From NCBI GenBank assembly GCA_022396035.1, contig JAIOXO010000008.1:1830-65829 (forward strand): DNA of 64,000 nucleotides. Direction: 5' to 3'. The stretch is from Actinomycetes bacterium. Lineage in GTDB: Bacteria > Actinomycetota > Humimicrobiia > Humimicrobiales > Humimicrobiaceae. The notes under the pieces are model-generated. The model searched no databases. It was given only the letters and a program-made list of their open reading frames with translations, and was not told the DNA's origin. Both the position numbers and the translations under genes were made by a program. Below, piece after piece: positions 38,293 to 47,688 of this stretch. The first letter of the stretch is position 1. Each line of letters begins with the position of its first letter.

Positions 38293-39160
38293 TACTACTG
38301 TTGAGAAGAGAACTGAAGACATAATGTTTAATTATGACCTGTCGGAACAATGTTCGTTTAAAGCGGGAGGCAGGGTTTTTGCTTTTACTGTAGCAGACAG
38401 TATGGACAGGTTAATGGAAGCATATGATTTTTTTACCAGCCACCAGACAGAGATGATGTTTCTGGGAGATGGAACCAATATTCTTTTTAAGCAGAATTTT
38501 ACTAATGCGGCAGTTATCAAGCTGGGCAGGGATTTTAAATATATTAATCTGGATAACAGCAGAGTAGTGACAGGAGCAGCTACCAGATTGAATACGGTGG
38601 TGGTGAAATGCGCAAAACATGGATTGGATTTATCAGATTTGGCGGGCATACCTGGAACCATGGGCGGCGCTCTGTGGGGTAACAGCGGCGATATCTGTAA
38701 GTTTGTTGACAGTATCCAGTATCTATCTAAAGATGGACAGGTAGATAGTTTAAAATTGGACCCGGCCAGTTATGGGTACCGGCAGTTTAATACTGACAGG
38801 GTGCTTGCTGTTTTATCTCTGGAGCTTAGGCTTCCCGGGACTGATAAAGGCGAGGTTATGGAAAAAATCAGGAATACAATAAAGCAAAAAAAACAAACTC
38901 AACCTGTGGGCACTAAAAATGCAGGATGTTTTTTTAAGAATCCTGCAGGTTATTCGGCGGGCAAGCTTATTGAGGATGCGGGTCTCAAGGGAGTAAGATA
39001 CGGGGATGCGATGGTCTCTACCAAACATGCCAATTTTTTAATAAATCAGAACCAGGCTACTGCAGAGGATATTTATGTTTTATCCAGGATAGTAAGTGAA
39101 ATAGTATTCTTGAAATATGATATAAGATTGGAAAACGAAGTAAAGGTAATAGGGTTCTAG
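38285..39160 (+). CDS. murB: UDP-N-acetylenolpyruvoylglucosamine reductase
   Basis: GIPGTMGG, YRQ, AGCFFKNP (Cys-type proton donor), HANF and C-terminal ENE. Confidence 0.9.
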   Translation: MNSTTVEKRTEDIMFNYDLSEQCSFKAGGRVFAFTVADSMDRLMEAYDFFTSHQTEMMFLGDGTNILFKQNFTNAAVIKLGRDFKYINLDNSRVVTGAATRLNTVVVKCAKHGLDLSDLAGIPGTMGGALWGNSGDICKFVDSIQYLSKDGQVDSLKLDPASYGYRQFNTDRVLAVLSLELRLPGTDKGEVMEKIRNTIKQKKQTQPVGTKNAGCFFKNPAGYSAGKLIEDAGLKGVRYGDAMVSTKHANFLINQNQATAEDIYVLSRIVSEIVFLKYDIRLENEVKVIGF

Positions 39161-39161
39161 C

Positions 39162-40136
39162 ATGAAACCATTAGATCATTTCAAGCATCTGACTATTGAA
39201 GAGAAAAAAGGCCATATAACCGTGGGAGTAATTGCCGGGGGAGTTTCTGCAGAGAGAGAAGTTTCACTGAAAACCGGAACCAAAATATTTGAAGCTCTTA
39301 AAAAAATGGGTTACCGGTCCGTATTTATAGATTTTAAAAATGATTTTACCCGTCAACTGGACCATATAGATATTGCATTTCTGGCCCTTCACGGAAGATA
39401 TGGAGAAGATGGAACGGTACAGGGGGCACTGGAGCTTCTGGGTATCCCTTATACTGGATCAGGCGTGCTTTCCAGTGCAATAGTTATCGATAAGGTGTTA
39501 ACTAAAAGATTATTGCAGTGTGAAAATATTCCAACTCCGCCCTATATTGCGGTGGACCGTTCCGGCCTTGAGCATATGGATCAGATAGATACAACCATCA
39601 AATCCAGAATAGGTTATCCGGTGGTAATCAAGCCTAACCGTGAGGGTTCAACCATAGGTATTACCATAGCTGAAGACCGGAAGGGGGCAGCTATGGGTAT
39701 AAAAGAAGCAGCAAAACATGATAAGGTTGTGCTGATAGAAAAATTTATATCTGGCAGGGAGCTTACGGTCAGTATACTGGGTGATCAGCCGGTTGCTTTG
39801 CCCATAATAGAGATAAAACCTAAAAGCGGGTTTTATGATTACCAGTCAAAATATACGGTTAATATGACCGAGTATCTGGTTCCTGCACGGCTGGAGGATA
39901 GTTTAACTGAAGGAATAAATGAGTATGCCTTAAAAAGCCATCGATTGCTGGGGTGCACCGGAATATCCCGGGTAGATTTTATACTGGACGATCAGAACAT
40001 CCCTTATATTCTTGAAGTTAATACTATGCCGGGCATGACGCCCACCAGCCTGGTTCCCAAGGCAGCTGCAGCAGCCGGCATTAGTTTTGAGAGACTGGTG
40101 GAAATTATCCTAAACTTTGCTGATTTGAAAATATAA
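39162..40136 (+). CDS. ddl: D-alanine:D-alanine ligase
   Basis: GGVSAEREVS, LHGRYGEDG, omega-loop YDYQSKY (Tyr, D-Ala-D-Ala type) and LEVNTMPGMT. Confidence 0.93.
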   Translation: MKPLDHFKHLTIEEKKGHITVGVIAGGVSAEREVSLKTGTKIFEALKKMGYRSVFIDFKNDFTRQLDHIDIAFLALHGRYGEDGTVQGALELLGIPYTGSGVLSSAIVIDKVLTKRLLQCENIPTPPYIAVDRSGLEHMDQIDTTIKSRIGYPVVIKPNREGSTIGITIAEDRKGAAMGIKEAAKHDKVVLIEKFISGRELTVSILGDQPVALPIIEIKPKSGFYDYQSKYTVNMTEYLVPARLEDSLTEGINEYALKSHRLLGCTGISRVDFILDDQNIPYILEVNTMPGMTPTSLVPKAAAAAGISFERLVEIILNFADLKI

Positions 40137-40913
40137 ATGCCTAATAGCAGGAAAGAAAACAAAAAAATAGCAGCACGCAGAAGGAAAGTTGTATTAAGAC
40201 GATTCTGGTATTTTTTTAGATTTTTTCTATTACTGGTTTTTTTGGCAGCAGCTGTATATGGATTGAATTATTTTTATAACAGTGAATATTTTAAATTAAA
40301 AGAAATAGAAATTGAGGGGTATCAGCATTACAGCCAGGAAGAATTGAGGTCTTACTTGAATGAATTTAAGGGCAAAAATATTTTTGAAATAGATAAAAAA
40401 ATGGTAGAACAGGTTTTATTTCAAAACTGCAGCTGGATAAAGGAGGTTGATTTCAGTAAGGTGTTTCCGGATAAAATGAAAGTGTTAGTTGTTGAAAGAA
40501 AACCATTTATCTTAACTAAATACCGGAGTAACTTTTTTTTACTGGATAGTGAGGGAATAGTTCTCGAACATTTCCAGAACGAAAAACCCGAACAGCATGA
40601 TAACCTGATTCTGGTAACCAATGCCCTGGACTTCAAACCGGAAATAGGGGATAAGGTGGCAAAAAAGAATGCTTTAAGCTGTGGTGATATATTCATGAGC
40701 ATGGATAATGAACTAAAATCAATATTCAGGCAGGCCCAGCTGGGAGATAATTTTGGGGAAATAGTTTTTATAACTACCGAAGACAAACGGATTGTCTTTG
40801 GCAGCAGCGACGATACTGCTCAAAAATTAAGCATATTAAAAGAATTATTAAAAGATGATGTAAATTATAATATAATAGATTTAACTAATTTTGAGAATCC
40901 GGTAATAAACTGA
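40137..40913 (+). CDS. ftsQ: Cell division protein FtsQ/DivIB
   Basis: Basic N-terminus, one TM, POTRA domain ending VERKP; lies before ftsA. Confidence 0.8.
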   Translation: MPNSRKENKKIAARRRKVVLRRFWYFFRFFLLLVFLAAAVYGLNYFYNSEYFKLKEIEIEGYQHYSQEELRSYLNEFKGKNIFEIDKKMVEQVLFQNCSWIKEVDFSKVFPDKMKVLVVERKPFILTKYRSNFFLLDSEGIVLEHFQNEKPEQHDNLILVTNALDFKPEIGDKVAKKNALSCGDIFMSMDNELKSIFRQAQLGDNFGEIVFITTEDKRIVFGSSDDTAQKLSILKELLKDDVNYNIIDLTNFENPVIN

Positions 40914-40927
40914 TTTGGAGGTTTGAT

Positions 40928-42172
40928 TTGCCTGTTAAGGACGATTATATTGCGGCTATAGATATAGGTACCACCAAGGTGGTTACTCTGATAGGAAGGT
41001 TGAGGAAGAATAATATACTTGAGATAAAAGGTTACGGGACTTCGGCCTGTAAGGGAATTAAAAAAGGGATAGTTGTAGATATTACTGAAGCTACTAAATC
41101 TATTCTGAATTCAATCGAGGCGGCTGAAAAAAATACTAAATTATTTATAGATGCTGCTTATATAGGAGTTACCGGAAAACACATCTCTGTGGTCAACAAC
41201 TGGAGTGAAACCAATATCAATTCGCCCAATAAGATAGTAAGAAAATCAGACCTGGATCGTTTGCTGGGCCATGCTAATAAAATCAGTCTTCCTTCACAGA
41301 ACGAGATCATCCACACCCTTATTAAGCAGTTTGTGGTAGATGATGAAAAAGGAATAGTGGATCCGGTGGGGCTGGCTACTGACAAGCTGGCAGTTGAGCT
41401 CCTGGTAGTATATGGTTCCGGGACCCTTATAAAGAATACGGTAAACAGTATCAGGGCAGCCAATATTGAGGTAGAGGACATAATACTGGAAGCACTGGCT
41501 TCCAGTGAAGCAGTATTGACTGCCGATGAAAAGGAAAGTGGGGCAATACTTCTGGACATAGGTGGGGGAACCACCGATGTGGCGGTATACAAAGACAATA
41601 AGATGGTGTTTACCTATTGCCTGCCGGTAGGAGGAGACCTCATAACTAATGATATATCCATAGGGCTTAACATACCTTTTTCCAAGGCTGAAGAGATAAA
41701 GAAAAAATTTGCTAATGTTGATTATAATTTCTATGAATCTTTAAATCGGGTAAATATGAGTGATATAAAAATTGACAGGAACAAGGCAACCCTGAATATA
41801 AGGTTATACACCATTGTAAATTCAAGGGTAAAAGAGTTGCTCCGGCTGATTAAAGAAAAAATTGAAAGCTACGGATTTATGTATTCCATACCTTGCGGGG
41901 TGATTATTACCGGCGGTGTCTCCCAGATGAAAGGAATAGCTGCTATGGCTAATTCAGTATTTAATCTTCCGGTAAGGGTGGGGATACCCTGTGATGTTGA
42001 GGGTCCTTCAAATATTGTAAATGATCCAATATATTCTACCAGTGTGGGGCTGCTGAAATATGCCTTTCAGTTAAAGAATTTTGCCAGCGCAGAATCTTTT
42101 GATGACAGAAGGTCCAATGGCAATTTTCTTTCCAGGTTCAGGGAATTTATATATAAGATATTAAAAAGCTGA
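40928..42172 (+). CDS. ftsA: Cell division protein FtsA
   Basis: AIDIGTTKV, GIKKG.VVD, LDIGGGTTD, GGDLITND and ITGG. Confidence 0.93.
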   Translation: MPVKDDYIAAIDIGTTKVVTLIGRLRKNNILEIKGYGTSACKGIKKGIVVDITEATKSILNSIEAAEKNTKLFIDAAYIGVTGKHISVVNNWSETNINSPNKIVRKSDLDRLLGHANKISLPSQNEIIHTLIKQFVVDDEKGIVDPVGLATDKLAVELLVVYGSGTLIKNTVNSIRAANIEVEDIILEALASSEAVLTADEKESGAILLDIGGGTTDVAVYKDNKMVFTYCLPVGGDLITNDISIGLNIPFSKAEEIKKKFANVDYNFYESLNRVNMSDIKIDRNKATLNIRLYTIVNSRVKELLRLIKEKIESYGFMYSIPCGVIITGGVSQMKGIAAMANSVFNLPVRVGIPCDVEGPSNIVNDPIYSTSVGLLKYAFQLKNFASAESFDDRRSNGNFLSRFREFIYKILKS

Positions 42173-42189
42173 TTTTAGGAGGGAATAAG

Positions 42190-43338
42190 GTGAATCTTGA
42201 GTTCGATAAGAATTACTATGCAGTTATAAGAGTAATCGGTATCGGTGGTGGAGGAAGTAATGCAGTTAACCGAATGATGGAGGATAACATAAATGGTTGT
42301 GAATTTATTGCTATAAATACTGATGCCCAGGCATTGATGATGTCTAATGCTGATAAAAAGATACTTATAGGAGGTTCCGGTCTGGGGGCTGGTTCAAATC
42401 CGGAAATAGGAAGAGTATCGGCAGAAAAATCCATAGACTCTATAAAAGAGGCGGTAAAGGATGCGGATATGGTATTTATAACCTGCGGAGAAGGTGGGGG
42501 AACAGGTACCGGAGCAGCACCGGTTATCGCTTCTGTAGCTAAGGAGATGGGATGCCTGACCGTAGCAGTAGTAACCAAGCCTTTTACTTTTGAAGGCGGC
42601 AAGAGAATGGTTACTGCTGAAGAGGGAATCAAGGAATTAAGCGGCAAGGTGGATACCCTGATAATCATCCCTAACGACAAGCTGCTGGAGATATCTGATG
42701 AAAATACTACTTTGCTAAATGCTTTTAAGCTGGCTGATGATGTCCTTAAAGCAGGTATAAGGGGAGTTACTGACCTGATAACTCTGCCCGGCCTTATAAA
42801 TCTGGATTTTGCGGATGTGAAAGCAGTCATAAAGGATGCTGGAAATGCATTGCTGGGCGATGGTGTGGCATCCGGTGAGAACAGGGCAATAAAAGCTGCA
42901 CAGAAAGCGATAAACAGTCCCCTGATAGAGGCTTCCATAGAAGGTGCCAAGGGCATATTGCTAAATATTTCTGGTGGCCCGGACCTTAAGCTGTTTGAAG
43001 TAAATGAAGCTGCTGAGATTATCAGGAATGCTTCCAGTTCGGATTCCAATATCATTTTTGGAGCGGTTATTGATGAAAACATGAATGAACAGATAAAGGT
43101 AACCATTATCGCTACCGGTTTCAGTGACAAAATAATTGAAACTGTGGGTAAGGGAAAGAAGGAAAAGGAAGAGAAAGAAAAGGAAGATACGGAAAAGGCT
43201 TTTGAAAAGGAATTTGTTTCTGAAGAGAAGAAACCCAGAGAGGAGAAAGAGGAGAAACCGGAAGCTGATGAATTTGAATCACTGAGTGATGATTATCTGG
43301 ATATACCAACATTTTTAAGAAAAGAAAAAGAAAAATAG
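42190..43338 (+). CDS. ftsZ: Cell division protein FtsZ
   Basis: GGGGSNA, NTD, GGGTGTG, NLDFAD and C-terminal LDIPTFLR. Confidence 0.98.
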   Translation: MNLEFDKNYYAVIRVIGIGGGGSNAVNRMMEDNINGCEFIAINTDAQALMMSNADKKILIGGSGLGAGSNPEIGRVSAEKSIDSIKEAVKDADMVFITCGEGGGTGTGAAPVIASVAKEMGCLTVAVVTKPFTFEGGKRMVTAEEGIKELSGKVDTLIIIPNDKLLEISDENTTLLNAFKLADDVLKAGIRGVTDLITLPGLINLDFADVKAVIKDAGNALLGDGVASGENRAIKAAQKAINSPLIEASIEGAKGILLNISGGPDLKLFEVNEAAEIIRNASSSDSNIIFGAVIDENMNEQIKVTIIATGFSDKIIETVGKGKKEKEEKEKEDTEKAFEKEFVSEEKKPREEKEEKPEADEFESLSDDYLDIPTFLRKEKEK

Positions 43339-43339
43339 A

Positions 43340-44134
43340 ATGTGCCATATCCGGGAGATAAAATTTGGAGATATGTTGATGTACAGTCCATTCAGACTAA
43401 AAGAAAAATATGGTATTGACCTGTATTTTACTTCCAGGCTGGGAGGCACCAGCAGCAGCCCGTACCACTCTTTAAATCTTGCCTATCATGTGGGAGATGA
43501 TTATGGCGATGTGTCCGCAAACCGCCGGACGGTTTTAGAAGAGCTGAAATTAGGCCAGCAGATTTATGATATAAAGCAGGTCCATTCAGATAAAATAGTA
43601 GATCTGGGCCGGGAGAATTATCAGCATGCTGGGCAGTCAAAGATACAGGCAGATGCCCTGGTTACCGGTCTTGATCAGAGAGCGGTTATGGTTATGGGCG
43701 CTGATTGTAATTTAATGATGGTAGTTGATACCAAAAATAGAGTTATTGCTGCTGTTCATTCTGGTTGGAAGGGTACCTTAAAAAAAATACTGCAAAAAAC
43801 TATTGGTCATCTAGAACAGTCATATGACAGTTTTGCCGGGAATCTATTGCTATACCTGGGCCCCAGCATAAGAAAATGCTGTTATCAAGTTAAAGAAGAT
43901 CTGGTGGAAAGGTTTGTCAAGAATTTCGGGGAAGGCAATTATTATTACCGGAAAAACAATAATATTTATCTGGATTTAACGGGATTAAATATTCAGCAGG
44001 CCCGGGATGCAGGTCTGATAGATAATAATATATTTGATTCAGGGATATGTACGTTTTGTGATGAAAGATTTTTTTCTTACCGGAGGAATAAAGTTACCGG
44101 CAGGCAGGCTGCAATAGGGATGATAAGGGGATAG
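43340..44134 (+). CDS. pgeF: Purine nucleoside phosphorylase / peptidoglycan editing factor PgeF (YfiH/YlmD)
   Basis: SLNL, QVHS, ADC, HSGWKG, LGPSI..CCY and FFSYRR. Confidence 0.9.
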   Translation: MCHIREIKFGDMLMYSPFRLKEKYGIDLYFTSRLGGTSSSPYHSLNLAYHVGDDYGDVSANRRTVLEELKLGQQIYDIKQVHSDKIVDLGRENYQHAGQSKIQADALVTGLDQRAVMVMGADCNLMMVVDTKNRVIAAVHSGWKGTLKKILQKTIGHLEQSYDSFAGNLLLYLGPSIRKCCYQVKEDLVERFVKNFGEGNYYYRKNNNIYLDLTGLNIQQARDAGLIDNNIFDSGICTFCDERFFSYRRNKVTGRQAAIGMIRG

Positions 44135-44136
44135 CA

Positions 44137-44811
44137 ATGGATTATAAACTCAGGGTAACTCAGCTCAAACAGAAGGTTGAAGAAGCCTGTCTGAGAGCGG
44201 GCAGAAAACCCGGGGAAGTAACTATTATTGCTGCTGCCAAATATGCACCTGCAGAAATAGTACAGAAGGTGGTAGATTGCGGAATTACACATCTGGGTGA
44301 AAACAGGGCACAGGACCTGATGGAAAAGAAAAATAAGGTAAAAAATAATCTAACCTGGCATTTTATCGGCCATCTGCAAAGCAGGAAAGCAAAAACAGTA
44401 GTTCCGGCAGTAGAGTATATACATTCAATTGATAAATTAAGCACTCTGCAGAAAGTGAATAAAGTTGCAGACAAAATAAATAAAAAACAGAAGGTTCTCA
44501 TTGAAGTAAATGTTTCAGGAGAAGAATCAAAGTATGGTATGGATTGCAAACAGCTAGAGGATTTTTTAATTCAATCGACTACTCTGGAGCATGTGGATAT
44601 AAGGGGCTTTATGACTATGGCTCCATTAACTAAAGATTGGGAAATGATAAGGGCTATTTTTAAAAAATTAAGGGACGTAAGAGATGATTTAAATGAAAGG
44701 TTTAAGCAGTATTCCTTAACTGAGTTATCTATGGGCATGAGCAATGATTATAGCATAGCTGTAGAAGAAGGGGCCACCATGATAAGGGTGGGCTCTGTAT
44801 TATTTAAGTAG
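44137..44811 (+). CDS. yggS: PLP homeostasis protein YggS/PipY
   Basis: GENRAQ, WHFIGHLQS, EESKYG, GFMTM, LSMGMSND and RVG. Confidence 0.93.
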   Translation: MDYKLRVTQLKQKVEEACLRAGRKPGEVTIIAAAKYAPAEIVQKVVDCGITHLGENRAQDLMEKKNKVKNNLTWHFIGHLQSRKAKTVVPAVEYIHSIDKLSTLQKVNKVADKINKKQKVLIEVNVSGEESKYGMDCKQLEDFLIQSTTLEHVDIRGFMTMAPLTKDWEMIRAIFKKLRDVRDDLNERFKQYSLTELSMGMSNDYSIAVEEGATMIRVGSVLFK

Positions 44812-44824
44812 CAAAGGAGTAATA

Positions 44825-45295
44825 ATGAGTGGTATATTAAGAAAAACATTTGCTTTCTTGGGTTTTTCTGATCCGGACGAGTATGAAGGGGAACATAGCC
44901 TAGACGAAGAAAATAACGATGAATATGATGTAAAAGAGAAGTACTATGGCAGCCGTATTGGTTCCAGCAGGGCCAAAAGAAAAGTATCCTTTTTAACCGG
45001 TGTGAAGCCGGAACCAAAGTCCAGGGTATTTATTGCCGAACCCCATAATTTTGAAGATATGCAGGTTATTGGACAGAATTTTAAATCCACTATTCCGGTT
45101 ATTATTAATTTACAGAATACCAATACAGAACTGTCCAAAAGAATTATTGATTTTTGCAGCGGACTGTCTTTTGCCCTGGAGGGAAACATTCAAAAGGTTG
45201 CAGATCGGGTATTCCTTATAACTCCCTACAATGTAGAGGTTACCTCGGAGGACAGGGAGCTGCTAAAAGAAAAAGGGTTGTTTAATCAATTTTAG
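44825..45295 (+). CDS. sepF: Cell division protein SepF
   Basis: EP..FED, VIINL, KRIIDFCSG and VFLITP. Confidence 0.9.
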   Translation: MSGILRKTFAFLGFSDPDEYEGEHSLDEENNDEYDVKEKYYGSRIGSSRAKRKVSFLTGVKPEPKSRVFIAEPHNFEDMQVIGQNFKSTIPVIINLQNTNTELSKRIIDFCSGLSFALEGNIQKVADRVFLITPYNVEVTSEDRELLKEKGLFNQF

Positions 45296-45310
45296 GAGGA
45301 TTTTTTAGTT

Positions 45311-46129
45311 GTGACTTATAGACTGGGAATAATTGGCTGTGGAAATATGGGGGAAGCCCTGTTAAAAGGAATTATTGACTCGGATGCAGTTGGTTTAGAA
45401 GAAATTATAATTTATGACAAAGACTCAGACAGGCGAAGTTATTTAAAATCCCAATACTCTATTAACCTATCAGATAATTTAAAGGATACTTTGGACTCTG
45501 AGAATATACTTCTGGCTATCAAGCCCCAGAACTTGCATGAATTTATAGAGCAGGTTAAAGAGATTAAGCTGGAGGGGAAAAATATTATAAGTATCCTGGC
45601 GGGCATACCTACCGGATACTTTGAAAAAAAGCTTGGCCGGCTTTCAGTTATTAGGATTATGCCCAATACGCCAGCTCTGGTTAAACAAGGTATGCTGGTT
45701 ATCAGCAGGGGCGAGTATGCTTCTCAACGGGATCTTGATTTTGCTAGGATGATAACTTCCAATCTGGGAGAGGCAGTGGTGGTAGAAGAAAAATTTCAAA
45801 ATCTGGCTACAGCCTTAAGCGGCAGTGGTCCGGCTTACTATTTCCTTTTTTGTAAATGTTTAATAGATGCCGCCGAAAAAAAGGGCATGGACAGGCAGGT
45901 AGCCAAAAAGTTAGTGGTGGAAACCATGGCTGGTTCTGCAGCTTTGATTAAAGAAAGCGGCCGGGAACTGGACCAGCTGATAGACATGGTAACTTCACCG
46001 GGGGGCACAACAGAGAAAGCGCTGGAGCAATTTAGGGCATGGAATATTGAAGAAATGGTAAGAAGCGCTATAGAGAGCGCTATTGGCAGAGCACATGAAT
46101 TGGAAAGATTACAGGACAGTGAGGAGTAA
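45311..46129 (+). CDS. proC: Pyrroline-5-carboxylate reductase
   Basis: GCGNMG, AIKPQ, SILAG, RIMPNTP, SGSGPAY and VTSPGGTT. Confidence 0.95.
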   Translation: MTYRLGIIGCGNMGEALLKGIIDSDAVGLEEIIIYDKDSDRRSYLKSQYSINLSDNLKDTLDSENILLAIKPQNLHEFIEQVKEIKLEGKNIISILAGIPTGYFEKKLGRLSVIRIMPNTPALVKQGMLVISRGEYASQRDLDFARMITSNLGEAVVVEEKFQNLATALSGSGPAYYFLFCKCLIDAAEKKGMDRQVAKKLVVETMAGSAALIKESGRELDQLIDMVTSPGGTTEKALEQFRAWNIEEMVRSAIESAIGRAHELERLQDSEE

Positions 46130-46132
46130 AGT

Positions 46133-46420
46133 ATGAGGCTTGCCTTTGATTTGGTGATTTATTTTTTGCAAATCTATGTATGGATTATTATATTAAGAGC
46201 TATACTTAGCTGGTTTAATATCAGACCCAGGGGTGTATGGCTTACTGTGTATAGATTTATTGCAGAAATAACCGATCCTTTTTTGAAGATTTTTAAAAGA
46301 ATAATTCCATCTATAAGGGTAGGAAGGGCTTATCTGGATTTATCTTTTATAGTAGCAGTTTTAGCCATACAGTTTATAATATTTTTATTGAGAATAATTA
46401 TGTATAGGGTAATAATTTGA
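46133..46420 (+). CDS. yggT: YggT/YlmG family membrane protein
   Basis: RAILSWF, TDPFL and LDLS. Confidence 0.9.
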   Translation: MRLAFDLVIYFLQIYVWIIILRAILSWFNIRPRGVWLTVYRFIAEITDPFLKIFKRIIPSIRVGRAYLDLSFIVAVLAIQFIIFLLRIIMYRVII

Positions 46421-46434
46421 CAGGAGGAAATGCT

Positions 46435-47193
46435 ATGCCAATAAGTTCAGGAGATATTCAAAAGAAAGAATTTCATATTGCATTCAAAGGTTATAAGCCG
46501 GAAGAAGTAGATAAGTTTTTAGACATGATATCTATAGAATTTGACCGAATGGCCAAGAAGAATGAGGAATTACAGGAATCTATAGATAAGCTCAAGTATG
46601 AAAGAACCAATGAGTCTGACGAGATGAAGCAGGTTTTGCAGGACGCTCTGGTATCTGCGCATAAGGTTGCAGAGGATATCAAACAAAAAGCCAAGGCAGA
46701 GGCTGAAAATATTTATAATCAGCGTAAAGTAGAAGCAGAAGATAAATTGAAAGAACTGGAATTAAAGAAGCAAAATATAGAACAGGGTATGTTGAGAGTA
46801 AAAGAAAAATACCTGAACCTGAAGAAGTACTTGCAGGATGCACTGCAAAACATAGAGGGGTTTGAGGAGAAAAGTGAAAACCAGTCCCCACCAGAACCAA
46901 TGCAGGAAGAGGTAGTATCAGAAACCGAAAGCCAGGAACAAACAATAGATGATGAAAAGAATTTGCAACAAGATAATATGCAGGACCAGGAAAAGAGTGA
47001 AGGCAGCCAAAACTCTCAGCCCGGCCAGGAAGAAAAAGAAGAAGAACCTGAAAAAGAGGATCATGATGAGGCAGAACAAGAGGAAGAAGAGGAAGATGAC
47101 GAAGATGAAGATTTTAATATCGGGAAGAAGGGCAAGGGCCTTGATATAGCTAATCCTGATATAATTGATGACTTTTTCAAGACGGATGAATGA
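46435..47193 (+). CDS. divIVA: DivIVA domain protein with long acidic C-terminal tail
   Basis: KEFHIAFKGYKPEEVDKFLD then coiled coils. SD AGGAGG precedes the ATG at 46435. Confidence 0.88.
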   Translation: MPISSGDIQKKEFHIAFKGYKPEEVDKFLDMISIEFDRMAKKNEELQESIDKLKYERTNESDEMKQVLQDALVSAHKVAEDIKQKAKAEAENIYNQRKVEAEDKLKELELKKQNIEQGMLRVKEKYLNLKKYLQDALQNIEGFEEKSENQSPPEPMQEEVVSETESQEQTIDDEKNLQQDNMQDQEKSEGSQNSQPGQEEKEEEPEKEDHDEAEQEEEEEDDEDEDFNIGKKGKGLDIANPDIIDDFFKTDE

Positions 47194-47455
47194 CCAAGTT
47201 ATTAAAGTTTATGTCCGGCCCGGTTCCTCCGTAGACTGTGTTGATGGATGGTATGGGGAACATATAAAAATAAGATTATCTAAACCACCACAAAAAGGTA
47301 AGGCCAATCAGGCATTAATAGGCCTTATTGCTTCAAAATTAAATTTACCTACCCAGAATGTTGCCATAATATCTGGTAATAAATCAAATTATAAAAAGAT
47401 ACTGATTAAAACCCCCCATAGATCTGACATTATAAGTAAATTACTTAATAGTTAG
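47186..47455 (+). CDS. DUF167 (YggU-like) protein
   Basis: VYVRPGSS, PPQKGKAN and SGNKSNYK. Confidence 0.85.
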   Translation: MNDQVIKVYVRPGSSVDCVDGWYGEHIKIRLSKPPQKGKANQALIGLIASKLNLPTQNVAIISGNKSNYKKILIKTPHRSDIISKLLNS

Positions 47456-47592
47456 TTCAAAAATTTAATGAATTTCTAATTTTATTCAATCTTTGTATCT
47501 TTAAACCATATTATAGCTGATATTATAGTAATAAAAATATATTATAATATATAAAACCAAAAATATATAATAATATAAAAAATTAATCAAAA

Positions 47593-47621
47593 TTGACAAA
47601 TATTAGCTAACTATATATTAT
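47593..47621 (+). promoter_or_regulatory. Putative sigma70 promoter of the accessory islet
   Basis: TTGACA-17-TATTAT in an extremely AT-rich spacer. Confidence 0.55.
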
Positions 47622-47688
47622 AATAACAATAAACTAGTATTAAAAAGTAAGAATTAAATCAATATAAACCATAATATACTATAATAAA

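Noticed and set aside
42216-43130. 304-aa antisense ORF opposite ftsZ
   Set aside because: Shadow frame of a highly conserved gene; Ser/Ala/Pro-rich with no motif.
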